Source: Thraustochytrium aureum (taxonomy: Eukaryota). Taken from it: a stretch of DNA of 59,637 bases. The notes under the pieces were generated by a model, which saw only the letters and a list, made by a program, of their open reading frames with translations, searched no databases and was not told where the DNA came from. Both the position numbers and the translations under genes were made by a program. Position 1 is the first letter of the stretch, and every line of letters starts with the position of its first letter. The DNA is taken from assembly GCA_012862495.1 (NCBI GenBank), contig BLSG01000116.1, positions 2,508 to 62,144 of the forward strand, written 5' to 3'. Of the stretch, positions 1 to 10,455 are shown one piece after another.

Positions 1-260
1 ATGGTGAGTCCGATCGCGGCCTTCACAACATCATCTACTTGCTCATCCCTCACGAGGAGCCACTCCACCACCTCCGCTATGAAGCCATCGAACATATTGC
101 GCTCCCACTTCTTGCCAGCCCTTTCCACCCCGGCCCTCACCGCCGTCACCAACGTCAGCGTCTTGGGATCTTCTTCCCCCGCCTCGTCCTGTTCTGAGGC
201 AGGTACTAGTACAGTGGACCCCTTTGCGTTGGTCTCGCTGGCGGTGGCTTTGTCGCTCAT
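1..260 (-). CDS. N-terminal part of a hypothetical protein running off the left edge of the window
   Basis: ATG at 260-258 opens MSDKATASETNAKGSTVLVPASEQDEAGEEDPKTLTLVTAVRAGVERAGKKWERNMFDGFIAEVVEWLLVRDEQVDDVVKAAIGLT with no stop to the edge. Composition is protein-like; the listed + ORF 1..315 looks like its antisense shadow. Confidence 0.5.
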   Translation of the reverse strand, partial: MSDKATASETNAKGSTVLVPASEQDEAGEEDPKTLTLVTAVRAGVERAGKKWERNMFDGFIAEVVEWLLVRDEQVDDVVKAAIGLT

Positions 261-834
261 CGTGCTGAGGCTACCGCCGCTCTGTCCAGCAGTCGCTACG
301 TGGCGCCTGCGCTGAGACACCTCGACGGCCCTTTGCCTCCCTTACCTCTGCGCCGCTCGCCGTCCTGCTATCGCCCTGCCCGCGCGCCGTGCTCGTTCAT
401 TTGCTTCGCTAAAGAGACTCGGATGTGATGAGTGGCGTCGCCCACTGAGTCGGACACATCGGTGTTGCGGCACTTTCCATCACAAGGTGGATTTCGTCGA
501 GTCCTCCTTGCGCAGTCACGGTTGGGTCTGTTGCGGATTGTCAACAGCCGCTGTAAACTTTCGAGTGAGGCCACGCGTCGGTCTTCCCCCGAGAGGAACA
601 TTTTGCAGAAGTGATGATGAGGAGTTGAGTCGAGTTCGGGTACACCACCTGAGTCAACTTGAACTCCTCTACCTGAAGTTTACACTCGCAATTTTTTAAT
701 CGCCTCTTGGACTCCAATGGATGGGGTCAAGAAGGGTACGGAGAACGAATCGAACAAGTGTGCGGCGCGGTGGTTACTTTATTTCGGGTCCCATGTCAGC
801 CAATTTTCACTCGTGAAAGCCAAATTCGACTCGT

Positions 835-2076
835 TTGCCTCTGCAAACATTAGCGGACACTTCCCGCAAGCAGGTCACGTCACTCATGGAGGCAATTACC
901 GATGTGTGCCGCAGCGCTGTGGCTGTGGCAGTCGGCGCTCGCAAAGCGATGCTGCAGCGATTGAGGACGCGCATTGCGCCGCCTAGGCCCGGCAGGGTCT
1001 TGCAGCTGTTCGGGCTTGTGCTGGTCGTGTTAGTTCTGCTCCTGACCAGCGTGGAGAACAACCTAGTCCAACCGCTGTATCGGCCACCCAACTTTTGGGA
1101 GACACGCCTGCTCGCATCCCTTCGGTATGGCCGCCGAGGCGAAGGTGCGGACGGTGCCGTCCCACTGGGAGAGGCAGATGAAGTGGTGCAAGAGAACCCC
1201 TTCGAGCCAAGGTTTGCGCACGACGATCCCAAGGCCTCGCTCGAGTCGACATACACTTTCGGCCAGCCCTTTGTCGCAGCTTCTGGACGGAGGTTTCTTG
1301 CGTTGGCCATTGTAACCCCACTAGTGGATGGCGACTACAAGGACTCTCGGATTGGTAAATTTGAGAACGCTTGGAGGATGGCTTGGCCAGGTCTGAACAT
1401 CAAACGAGCCATGAGCTTCCAAAACCATGCGAACGTGCGCGGATTCGGTGTCTACGCTGCAATGTACGTGAGCATGGCCCATGCCATACTCGCTGCACCC
1501 GACTTTGACTATCTGCTTGTTTTGGAAGACGATGGGCACCCGTTTGAAGGTGTCACTTGGCCCAATCGCCCGAATAACGATCTAGAGGCCAACTTGGATG
1601 CGCTCGAGCGTGCCAAAGGCAGCGGGCTTTTCCTTGGAGCCCACTGCTTGAAGGGCGACGGTCCGGAGCCGGGGCAGACAATTGTTCGAGGCGTTTTTGG
1701 GTATGGTGCGTATGCCTTCGTGGCTAGCCGGAAGAGTGTGATAAATCTAGCCAGAGGGTTTGGGGAGGCCATTGCACAAAAGGATAACGACGTGGACGCA
1801 CCTGACTTGGCCCTATGGAGGATCTGGAACAGCGTGCCAGGCGAGACGGGAGCATACATAAGCGCGCCACTCCTTGTAGATCATACCACGAGTATCTCGC
1901 GAACCTGGGGCATACTAGTGCCGCGACCGTTTGAGGGAAAGCGAGAGTGGTGGACTATCCCGCGTACTTTTGTATACAACGAAGACGGCACTGTGCGCTG
2001 GTGCGGCTATCCGAACGTCTTGACGGCCGACGATGCGATCGACGCACTAGCAGGTAAACTGAAAGTTCCGGACTGA
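835..2076 (+). CDS. Type II membrane glycosyltransferase, GT25/GT-A-like (true start probably an ATG at 886 or 949)
   Basis: N-terminal basic stretch plus TM (VLQLFGLVLVVLVLLLTSV). AMYVSMAHA...DYLLVLEDD resembles GT25 SH...LILEDD, and GAYAFVAS, D-x-D and LLVDH motifs follow. Confidence 0.6.
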   Translation: MPLQTLADTSRKQVTSLMEAITDVCRSAVAVAVGARKAMLQRLRTRIAPPRPGRVLQLFGLVLVVLVLLLTSVENNLVQPLYRPPNFWETRLLASLRYGRRGEGADGAVPLGEADEVVQENPFEPRFAHDDPKASLESTYTFGQPFVAASGRRFLALAIVTPLVDGDYKDSRIGKFENAWRMAWPGLNIKRAMSFQNHANVRGFGVYAAMYVSMAHAILAAPDFDYLLVLEDDGHPFEGVTWPNRPNNDLEANLDALERAKGSGLFLGAHCLKGDGPEPGQTIVRGVFGYGAYAFVASRKSVINLARGFGEAIAQKDNDVDAPDLALWRIWNSVPGETGAYISAPLLVDHTTSISRTWGILVPRPFEGKREWWTIPRTFVYNEDGTVRWCGYPNVLTADDAIDALAGKLKVPD

Positions 2077-2413
2077 GAGTGTTTCGGCCGCTCATGGGAC
2101 AACGAGCCCGTAAAACAACGATTTACCGCCAACACCAGCACTGCCAACGTTCAAAAGAGCAACCGGCTGCAATGGCAGAGCGCAGAAAGTGACTCCACGA
2201 GTAGACGGTCACTTGGGCTCAGGGAGACGCAACGAGTTGCCTTTCAAACCCCGGCTGTAGCTAATAAACAAGCCAGATCGGTTTATCCCTGTTGGCGCCG
2301 CCTGGCCTTCTCGTAGGTTGGGCAGTTTCGTTTCTTTCACTTTTGAGTTCGCACCGTCCGTCTTTTAGCCTAGCGTAGAGTAACAACCCAACCACATGGA
2401 GTACATCAAGTTG

Positions 2414-3679
2414 TCATCGTTGCTTTCTTCCGCCGCTGCACGCGTGCGGCGGCCCGGTTTGAGCCCTTTGACCAACCCGGACAACTACGAGCGTGCAGAC
2501 GCCGAGATCGTGCGGGCGGCCCAGAAGCCCTCCCGGTTGTCTCCTTGACGTCTCAACGATCAACGAGAAGGCGGCTTCGTACCGTGGCCTCCGCTTTGCC
2601 AAGCGGCAACCTCGGATCGACGGCCCTGCCGTCCCTGTANNNNNNNNNNNNNNNNNNNNNNNNNNNNNNNNNNNNNNNNNNNNNNNNNNNNNNNNNNNNN
2701 NNNNNNNNNNNNNNNNNNNNNNNNNNNNNNNNNNNNNNNNNNNNNNNNNNNNNNNNNNNNNNNNNNNNNNNNNNNNNNNNNNNNNNNNNNNNNNNNNNNN
2801 NNNNNNNNNNNNNNNNNNNNNNNNNNNNNNNNNNNNNNNNNNNNNNNNNNNNNNNNNNNNNNNNNNNNNNNNNNNNNNNNNNNNNNNNNNNNNNNNNNNN
2901 NNNNNNNNNNNNNNNNNNNNNNNNNNNNNNNNNNNNNNNNNNNNNNNNNNNNCACTTTGCATCCCAACCAAATGGAATACATACGCGGCCTTGACGCGCA
3001 GTGTGAGTGGCGCCGTCCTTAACCCGCACAATTCGCGCAGCTCGGAGGCCACACATATGGGCAAAACGCGCCAGCGGGCAGCGGCACCCCGTCCAGCACG
3101 AGGGTCAACGCTGGGCCCGCCTGCGGCGCAGGTGACGACAAAGCTCGGCTCTCGCTGGCCAGCTCGGCTCTCGTTGGCCAGGTCAGGGCCCACCACATAC
3201 TACTAGACGTAACACCCATGCCCGTCCCTCAACGACCGCGAGCCCGCAGGCGCTCCCCACGTTCGACGAGAGGAGGCCAGGCTTCACTCGTCATTGTCAG
3301 GTGAACAACCGTCGTGCAAGTTTCCCGAACCGCTGGCGAGCTTGCGTGGCAGCTGTTCTGCTTTGAAAACCAAGGCCGCCGACCGTGTCAGACACGCTCC
3401 AGTCCACCGCACCAACGCACGCAAAGCCGGAGCTACTTTCGGGCGTGGGCTGCCGCAGCGCGCTGCGGACCGCGCGCACTTTTCCTGTCGCCTGACCTGA
3501 CTGATGATCCCATCCTGACTTGGATGCGGTGTGCGCCAAGTCGGCAGCGCCTGGATAAAAACCCCGTGTGGAGGCTCTGCATATGCGCGTTGTTTGGCAT
3601 GCACGACCCCTGACAATTCGATTAATGTTCCGCGAAGGACGGGAAGAATGCCCGGCGCCACAGTGTGCTTGCCGGGCAT
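2414..3679 (-). CDS. Possible fragmented hypothetical gene spanning an N gap
   Basis: Successive minus-strand ORFs (3284..3679, 2954..3196, 2414..2639) have partly protein-like composition. No family motif is recognised. Confidence 0.2.
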
Positions 3680-4103
3680 CCCAGCTGGTGTTCTTGATCA
3701 AGTTGGTTGGCGGAACAAAACTTGCCGCCACGAGCACTCGCTCATCGAGCGCGAGCGCAGAGCACTGGGGTGGTTGCCCCGAGCGCGGCCAGCCAGCCAG
3801 CCAGCCCGCCCGCCCGCCCGCCCGGAAGCGCGAGGAGTACGGAAGCGCAGAAGGCCAGACTACCTCGACTGGGCAACGCAGCCTTGCGAGACGGCCTGGG
3901 AGGGGCGCAGGGCGCGCACGCTCTCGCAACAGACCAGGGGCTTCTTGCCGTCGAGCGCGCAGGGCAGCCCGCGCGAGCCAGCGCGCTTCAAGCCCTTCCC
4001 GTAGAGCCCCGGGCGTGGCCTAGCTCCGCTTGTCCGGCGGGGAGGGAGGGGGGAGGTTTTTTGGGGGGGGGGGGGTTGCGGCGTCGGCGGCGGCGGCTTC
4101 CCC

Positions 4104-5003
4104 ATGTCGGACGACGAGGAGAGCGCGGCGGATGTCGCCGCAAGCGCATCCGGGGAAAACGCGCTCGGCGCGGATCCAGACAACCTGGCTTTTGCCCAAG
4201 TAAAACTGCCCCGCTCGCAGATCCTGGCTGTATTCAGGCCCGATTTTGACGAGGGCGAGCGCGTGGCTTGGAACCACGTCTACTACTGCTTGCGCACGCC
4301 GTGTTTGTGGCCGTGCCTGCTCCCAATGTACCCGTGGCTCCTAGGCTGTGCGCGTCATGGAACCAAGGTGGTTCACGAAACGTTTTACGTCGCGACCGAT
4401 GAGGGGATCATCACGCTCGTCAACGACTTTGAGACTAGATTGGACGAGTGCTGCAGCCCGCGGCCATCTGGCGAGCTGCGGCGGTGGAACGAAATTGACG
4501 AGATTCTCGACAAGACAAGCCCGAAGAGCAAAAACTTCCATCTCGGGCCGTATGACGTTTTCTTTCGCTTCAAGGCCAGCTCACAAAACATGACCAACAC
4601 GATGTGCGACGTTTGGTACGTCCCTGACCCACCAGCATGCGCCAAGCTATTGCGCAGCTTTCACCGTCGCCGCGTTGGTGTGGACGTGAGCCGGAGTGCG
4701 ATGCTTGCGGTGCGCAACCTCCCCACCAAGCACGTTTCTGTGGGGCAATCCAGCACTAGCTCGTACAGCGAGCATGAGATTTTGGTCAATGTTTGCCGGG
4801 CCTCGGACACGAGCACCACGAAAGAGGTCATGGTGCACCGGGAAATGACGCTTCGTGCATTCCGGTCGCTTGCTCTGTACGCCCTCGATCTGGACGGCCC
4901 TGCAGTGCAACACGCGAGTTTTACGCACCGCTTGAATGGGGCAAGGGTGCAATCCTGCCGGGACCTTGACGACGGCGATGTGGTCGTGGTGCATGTCTCC
5001 TAG
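4104..5003 (+). CDS. Hypothetical protein with a Cys-rich hydrophobic segment, a possible PH-like middle region and a C-terminal ubiquitin-like (KHA/DCX-like) domain
   Basis: Clean 299-aa ORF. YCLRTPCLWPCLLPMYPWLLGC segment; the C-terminus GARVQSCRDLDDGDVVVV resembles the beta-grasp G..I.....I.DGD.L ending. Confidence 0.6.
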   Translation: MSDDEESAADVAASASGENALGADPDNLAFAQVKLPRSQILAVFRPDFDEGERVAWNHVYYCLRTPCLWPCLLPMYPWLLGCARHGTKVVHETFYVATDEGIITLVNDFETRLDECCSPRPSGELRRWNEIDEILDKTSPKSKNFHLGPYDVFFRFKASSQNMTNTMCDVWYVPDPPACAKLLRSFHRRRVGVDVSRSAMLAVRNLPTKHVSVGQSSTSSYSEHEILVNVCRASDTSTTKEVMVHREMTLRAFRSLALYALDLDGPAVQHASFTHRLNGARVQSCRDLDDGDVVVVHVS

Positions 5004-6070
5004 ACCCCCCGTTGTCTGCGTGCGCGAAGCCTCCGGTACAGAGCTTTCGTCTCGCTGGCCTCGCCCAACTCCAGCTCTCTCTCTACTACTACTGTCCAGA
5101 GCTAGAGAGCTAAAGAGAGAGAGAGCGCGCGCTCGAGCTCTATTGGCCTACCGCAAAATGCGAAAGCGGTACGACCAAGTGCGACACCGAGGATGGCTCG
5201 CCGCACGTCAACGTGCCAGTGCGACGGAACAAACTGAGCACAGGGTCGTGCTTTTTTTGCCCTGACGCTCGAGTTGTCTCTTGAAAATCGAACAGGCTGA
5301 TGGTACGCAAAGAAAGCAAGTAAAACGCACNNNNNNNNNNNNNNNNNNNNNNNNNNNNNNNNNNNNNNNNNNNNNNNNNNNNNNNNNNNNNNNNNNNNNN
5401 NNNNNNNNNNNNNNNNNNNNNNNNNNNNNNNNNNNNNNNNNNNNNNNNNNNNNNNNNNNNNNNNNNNNNNNNNNNNNNNNNNNNNNNNNNNNNNNNNNNN
5501 NNNNNNNNNNNNNNNNNNNNNNNNNNNNNNNNNNNNNNNNNNNNNNNNNNNNNNNNNNNNNNNNNNNNNNNNNNNNNNNNNNNNNNNNNNNNNNNNNNNN
5601 NNNNNNNNNNNNNNNNNNNNNNNNNNNNNNNNNNNNNNNNNNNNNNNNNNNNNNNNNNNNNNNNNNNNNNNNNNNNNNNNNNNNNNNNNNNNNNNNNNNN
5701 NNNNNNNNNNNNNNNNNNNNNNNNNNNNNNNNNNNNNNNNNNCCCAGGTGCTGCCTCAGCAGTCAATGCTGCCCTTAGAAGGCTCGGCAGTGCCGCATCG
5801 TTCAACTTTCGGTGGTCGCAAACCTAAACGAAGCATACTCGTGTAAAAACACACGCCAACCACATGGGGCGTGTCAGCATTGCATGGTTGTTATGCGTAG
5901 AATCCTCAGTGGTGCAGCGAAACGCCCCCGTCGGGGCTGCCTAAGGTTCAACAACGCCATTTCGTTCAACTTTCGGAGTTCCGTCTCGTTCTGAGTCAGC
6001 CTAGCTCTAGCTAGTAGAGCGAAGGAACATCAACATCACCAAGAATGTTCCATACGGTCTCGAGTCGTTC

Positions 6071-6904
6071 TCAGTGAAGCGGTCTGTGAACCATCTCGGG
6101 CGACTTCTCTAGTAGAGCTCGGTTTGTCGAAGCAACTGGTCGCCCGCACGACCGGCGCGATGCTAGCTCGCGCCGCAACGCAAGCTCGAGTGGTGCAGCA
6201 CTCGAGCTCCCACAAAAGCTCGCTCCATGTCCCTGAAAAAAACGGCGAGGAATCCCAACGTTTCGCGCTGCATACGCAGACTCTATAGTGTTTGACGCCG
6301 GCGCTGGCTTGAAAGGGGGCAGCACTGATCGCTGCAACAGCTCACCGAAGTTTTCTCGCTTGCAACGCGAGAGTGCCGCCGATCGCTCACGTTCGAGGTT
6401 TGCTAGCCTCGCTGCTGTGCGCTCCGAGGCGTGCTTCTTCGCAGCGATCTGCCCCTCCTGGGCGGCCTTGCGTTCTTCAAGTATGAGCCGAGCGTTTCGC
6501 TTGGCACGCTGCTGCACGTCACTCGCAGGTTGCCTGTGCTTGGACTTGTACCAGCGCCGCTTCGCTTCCCGCCTAGCTTGCGCCTCAGTCTTGTCGTGCC
6601 GAGTAGCCGCCCGGCGCACTCGCTCTCTAGCCCGAGCGACTGCTGACCCGCGCACCGCGTCGCGTGCAGACGTTGTTGCCACGTTGTACCACCTCGCCTC
6701 CCGTTCGCTCTGCTTTGCCTTGGCCTGAAACTGGCGTTCTAGCTTAGCAGCAGCCTTGACGCGATCCGCTGCCATCTGCGCAGCTCTCAGCTCTTCCTCG
6801 AACGCGTACGGCAACACCTCGCGTCTGTGGAACCGGAGTGGCGGCGTGCCGCGGCGTTTATTGTCGCCAGGCTGGGCGCGGCCACGTTCATGAAACCCTG
6901 CCAT
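6071..6904 (-). CDS. Hypothetical basic coiled-coil protein
   Basis: ATG at 6904 (MAGFHERG...). A long E/R/A/K-rich helical tract (FEEELRAAQMAADRVKAAAKLERQF...) runs to the stop at 6071. Confidence 0.55.
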   Translation of the reverse strand: MAGFHERGRAQPGDNKRRGTPPLRFHRREVLPYAFEEELRAAQMAADRVKAAAKLERQFQAKAKQSEREARWYNVATTSARDAVRGSAVARARERVRRAATRHDKTEAQARREAKRRWYKSKHRQPASDVQQRAKRNARLILEERKAAQEGQIAAKKHASERTAARLANLERERSAALSRCKRENFGELLQRSVLPPFKPAPASNTIESAYAARNVGIPRRFFQGHGASFCGSSSAAPLELALRRELASRRSCGRPVASTNRALLEKSPEMVHRPLH

Positions 6905-7994
6905 CGTCCACCTGCCCAGCGCCCTCGTCCCTACACCAGAGCTCGACTCCCTCTCGACAGAGTGAGTGTACCCAAGTAGCTCTGGACTTGAGCCAGCACC
7001 GTCCACGCCGCGCCACGGCCCAACCGCGCGACACCGTCCTCTTCGCAGGCAACCAACGTGCTGCCCCAGAACAAATGAACTGTCGCCCCTTGCCTGTGTG
7101 GGCGCGTGCCACGCTGCCACCGACGGACGTACGCACGACAGGCACACATACAGGCACGCAGACAGGCACACAGACNNNNNNNNNNNNNNNNNNNNNNNNN
7201 NNNNNNNNNNNNNNNNNNNNNNNNNNNNNNNNNNNNNNNNNNNNNNNNNNNNNNNNNNNNNNNNNNNNNNNNNNNNNNNNNNNNNNNNNNNNNNNNNNNN
7301 NNNNNNNNNNNNNNNNNNNNNNNNNNNNNNNNNNNNNNNNNNNNNNNNNNNNNNNNNNNNNNNNNNNNNNNNNNNNNNNNNNNNNNNNNNNNNNNNNNNN
7401 NNNNNNNNNNNNNNNNNNNNNNNNNNNNNNNNNNNNNNNNNNNNNNNNNNNNNNNNNNNNNNNNNNNNNNNNNNNNNNNNNNNNNNNNNNNNNNNNNNNN
7501 NNNNNNNNNNNNNNNNNNNNNNNNNNNNNNNNNNNNNNNNNNNNNNNNNNNNNNNNNNNNNNNNNNNNNNNNNNNNNNNNNNNNNNNNNNNNNNNNNNNN
7601 NNNNNNNNNNNNNNNNNNNNNNNNNNNNNNNNNNNNNNNNNNNNNNNNNNNNNNNNNNNNNNNNNNNNNNNNNNNNNNNNNNNNNNNNNNNNNNNNNNNN
7701 NNNNNNNNNNNNNNNNNNNNNNNNNNNNNNNNNNNNNNNNNNNNNNNNNNNNNNNNNNNNNNNNNNNNNNNNNNNNNNNNNNNNNNNNNNNNNNNNNNNN
7801 NNNNNNNNNNNNNNNNNNNNNNNNNNNNNNNNNNNNNNNNNNNNNNNNNNNNNNNNNNNNNNNNNNNNNNNNNNNNNNNNNNNNNNNNNNNNNNNNNCGA
7901 CAAGGATGCAAGCGGGGGCTGCAAGCGGCCGTGCCACTCTGCGGAGATCATTAGCAATAGTACCTTAGGGTACTCCGCATCTATCTCTATACAT

Positions 7995-9917
7995 TCAATG
8001 TGTGCCTGTACCTAGCTCGATCAGTTCTTCACACGACAGCGCCAATTGCGCAGGCCCTCGAGCCGCATTCTCCGAGCCCACGCCAACCAGCGGAAGCAAC
8101 GCCGCTCGCTCAACCGTGCGAACGATCTGCTCGGCCTGCTCTGCGGTTGGCCGCCACCGTGGGTCGCGGACTAAAAGCACATCAAGCAACTTCTCGCGCA
8201 CAACCGTTGACATCTCTACTCCCAACACGTGGTCTAGCTCCTCGACCTTGTCCTCCGGCAACAAAGGAAGGAGCTTCGCAGCACGAGCACCAGCACCATC
8301 CTGCGTAACTCGCGCGAAGAACTGCGCCCACGACACGTATGCTTCCTCAAACAGCATCGAGCCGACGAACACTTCATAGACCATGCAGCCCAAGCTCCAG
8401 ACGTCCGACGCCGCGTTGGTGCCCCACTCGAACATTTTCAGGCGATCAAAGCCTTCGCGGGCCACGGCCTGCGCCAGCGAGCAAACGCGCAGCATTTCGG
8501 GGGATTTGATGCATTCAGTCCCGCGACTGTCAAACTGAAATGCCCCTCTCGCGCCGCTGGTGAAGGACTCGCCAAAGTCGCCCAGTACAGCGCGCACACG
8601 ACGCGGCACCGCACCATCATTCCTTGGCTCTGGCGCTTTAACGACGAGTACGTTGTCGCAGCGCACATCGTAGTGTGTAACGCCGGCCTGCGCTATTGCT
8701 GCAAGGGCAGCTGCGGCATCTCCGAGGAGACCGAGGCAGGACGCAACGTCCAGCGCAGAAAGCGCCGACTCGCCTGCTCGGCTCTCCAGCTGCGAGCTCC
8801 ATTCTCGAAGACTGCAATCGGCCCGGTCCAGCACGAGGCAAGCTGTGAAGCCTAGATTGCCGACCGGGCCAATGCATTCCTCGTGTTCTGCGAAATACTC
8901 GAGCAATGCCACGGCAAACATGCCTAACCGATCGCCGTGCACAGCCCGAAGCGCGTCCAGGGCGCTGATCTCAGCGTACGCCCTGCTCAAATTCGAGGTC
9001 GCGTGTGCGCCAGCGATGGCTATGCGTTTTGCGGCGCATGGGCGGCCGGCAGTGCCCGTCCGCACAGCCTCGACCACGCCAAATCGGCCCGCGCCAAGGC
9101 GCCCCCCGTCTGGCTCAAGCGCTTCGTCGCCCGCCAGCAGTAGTTTTGCGAGCGTTGCAGACCCAGCGTTTACTGACGCGAGACCTCGCGTGCACCGCTC
9201 CGCGTCTTGGCGCGGCAGGCCCTGGAAGAAGGCAACCAGCGGTTGGAAGGCTTTGTCAAGAGCGTCTTGCCGCAACCGTCCTGTCGTTGATTCAACGACC
9301 AGTAGAAGCAAGAGTCGTGCGCGCAACACGGCGTCGTGGCTGACTTGCTCGCGGCCGCCCGCACCCGCAGAGGGGTCTAGCGCGAGCCGCGGCAAAGCTG
9401 GCGCGCTCTGCACTTGGGCCAGGTTCAACCGAAAGCGAGACACAGCGGTCGCCGTTGGGCAAGGAGAGCAGGGCGGCGGGATCGCAGGCTTGCTAGTCGG
9501 GTCTTGTTGGCCGTCCCTTGACAAGGCTTCGAGAAGTTCGGCAGCGAGCGTTGCCGCTGCCCCGAGCGTGCCGAGCAAGACTTGCTCTACCTGCGCTGTC
9601 AGCGCTGGGTCAGTAGCTACAGCCTCTAGAGCCTCCCCGTGATCATTCTGACGCACTGCCCACGCCGTTCGAACGCGCGTCTCCCGGGCCTTGGCAGCGC
9701 GCGCTTCGTCCAGCTCCTCGTCGAGGGAGACCAGCCCTAAGCGCACCGAACGGTCGAGCGACACTCGCAGAGCAAGTTCGACACCATCATCGCTGCATTG
9801 GAACGGCGCGTTGTCGGCCAAACGCAACCCCACCAACGCCAGCCTGGGCACGCTTGCTGGCCGCTTGGGCTCAGCGGCTGGTGCTGCCCTTGCCCCGACA
9901 AGCTCAACGCCAGACAT
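7995..9917 (-). CDS. Protein kinase (non-RD, atypical catalytic loop) with an N-terminal extension
   Basis: Gly loop LGAGRFGVV, AAK, alphaC AEISAL, HYDVRCDNVL, GDFGES, GTECIKSPE, DVWSLGC, RWRPTA. Start taken at MSGVEL (9917); an upstream in-frame extension is possible. Confidence 0.9.
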   Translation of the reverse strand: MSGVELVGARAAPAAEPKRPASVPRLALVGLRLADNAPFQCSDDGVELALRVSLDRSVRLGLVSLDEELDEARAAKARETRVRTAWAVRQNDHGEALEAVATDPALTAQVEQVLLGTLGAAATLAAELLEALSRDGQQDPTSKPAIPPPCSPCPTATAVSRFRLNLAQVQSAPALPRLALDPSAGAGGREQVSHDAVLRARLLLLLVVESTTGRLRQDALDKAFQPLVAFFQGLPRQDAERCTRGLASVNAGSATLAKLLLAGDEALEPDGGRLGAGRFGVVEAVRTGTAGRPCAAKRIAIAGAHATSNLSRAYAEISALDALRAVHGDRLGMFAVALLEYFAEHEECIGPVGNLGFTACLVLDRADCSLREWSSQLESRAGESALSALDVASCLGLLGDAAAALAAIAQAGVTHYDVRCDNVLVVKAPEPRNDGAVPRRVRAVLGDFGESFTSGARGAFQFDSRGTECIKSPEMLRVCSLAQAVAREGFDRLKMFEWGTNAASDVWSLGCMVYEVFVGSMLFEEAYVSWAQFFARVTQDGAGARAAKLLPLLPEDKVEELDHVLGVEMSTVVREKLLDVLLVRDPRWRPTAEQAEQIVRTVERAALLPLVGVGSENAARGPAQLALSCEELIELGTGTH

Positions 9918-10455
9918 GGACAGCGGGCGCGGGCAGCACGAGCCTACCAGCCAACCTCCCGCGGTTGGGCGCGTTGCTGCATGTGCGCATGCAGTGCCAC
10001 TGCCCTGGCTTTCGTCTGTGCGCCAATGCCTCCGCTGCTGGACTGTTTGCTCGTCTGGTGTGTCTGGGGGCTCGGAGTTGGAAGAAAAGGGCCGTTGAAG
10101 GCAAAAACAGTGGTTGAGAATGGCCTTTTTCTGTTTTCTCGAGATTGATCCCACGGGAACAGGACAAGCCCATCGATGCGAAGCAGCAGAATCCGAGCCG
10201 TGTGGAGTGAGAGCCAAAGCTTGAGTACGGGACGCGACGCGACCAGGTCAGCAAGAAAAACTCGTTCGATCCCAAATGGAAGGCTTTTGGAAACATCGGA
10301 AGGCAAACATTTTTCAGAACAGGCTTTTCGCCATCATCAGACTTTTGGATGTCAGTCCAGTTCCTACGGGACTGGTCGTGCGCTGAAGAGCCTCTACTAG
10401 AGTCATGCTTCCGCAGTTTTCAACCCACTAACACCATGGATGGATCGATGGATCA

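Noticed and set aside
1..600. Left-edge ORF as a retrotransposon gag with LTR
   Set aside because: No zinc knuckle, PBS, second LTR or pol sequence is visible in the window.
611..676. C/D-box snoRNA (GTGATGA ... CTGA)
   Set aside because: The boxes are short, there is no terminal stem, and I recognise no rRNA guide. An Infernal/snoscan search would be needed.
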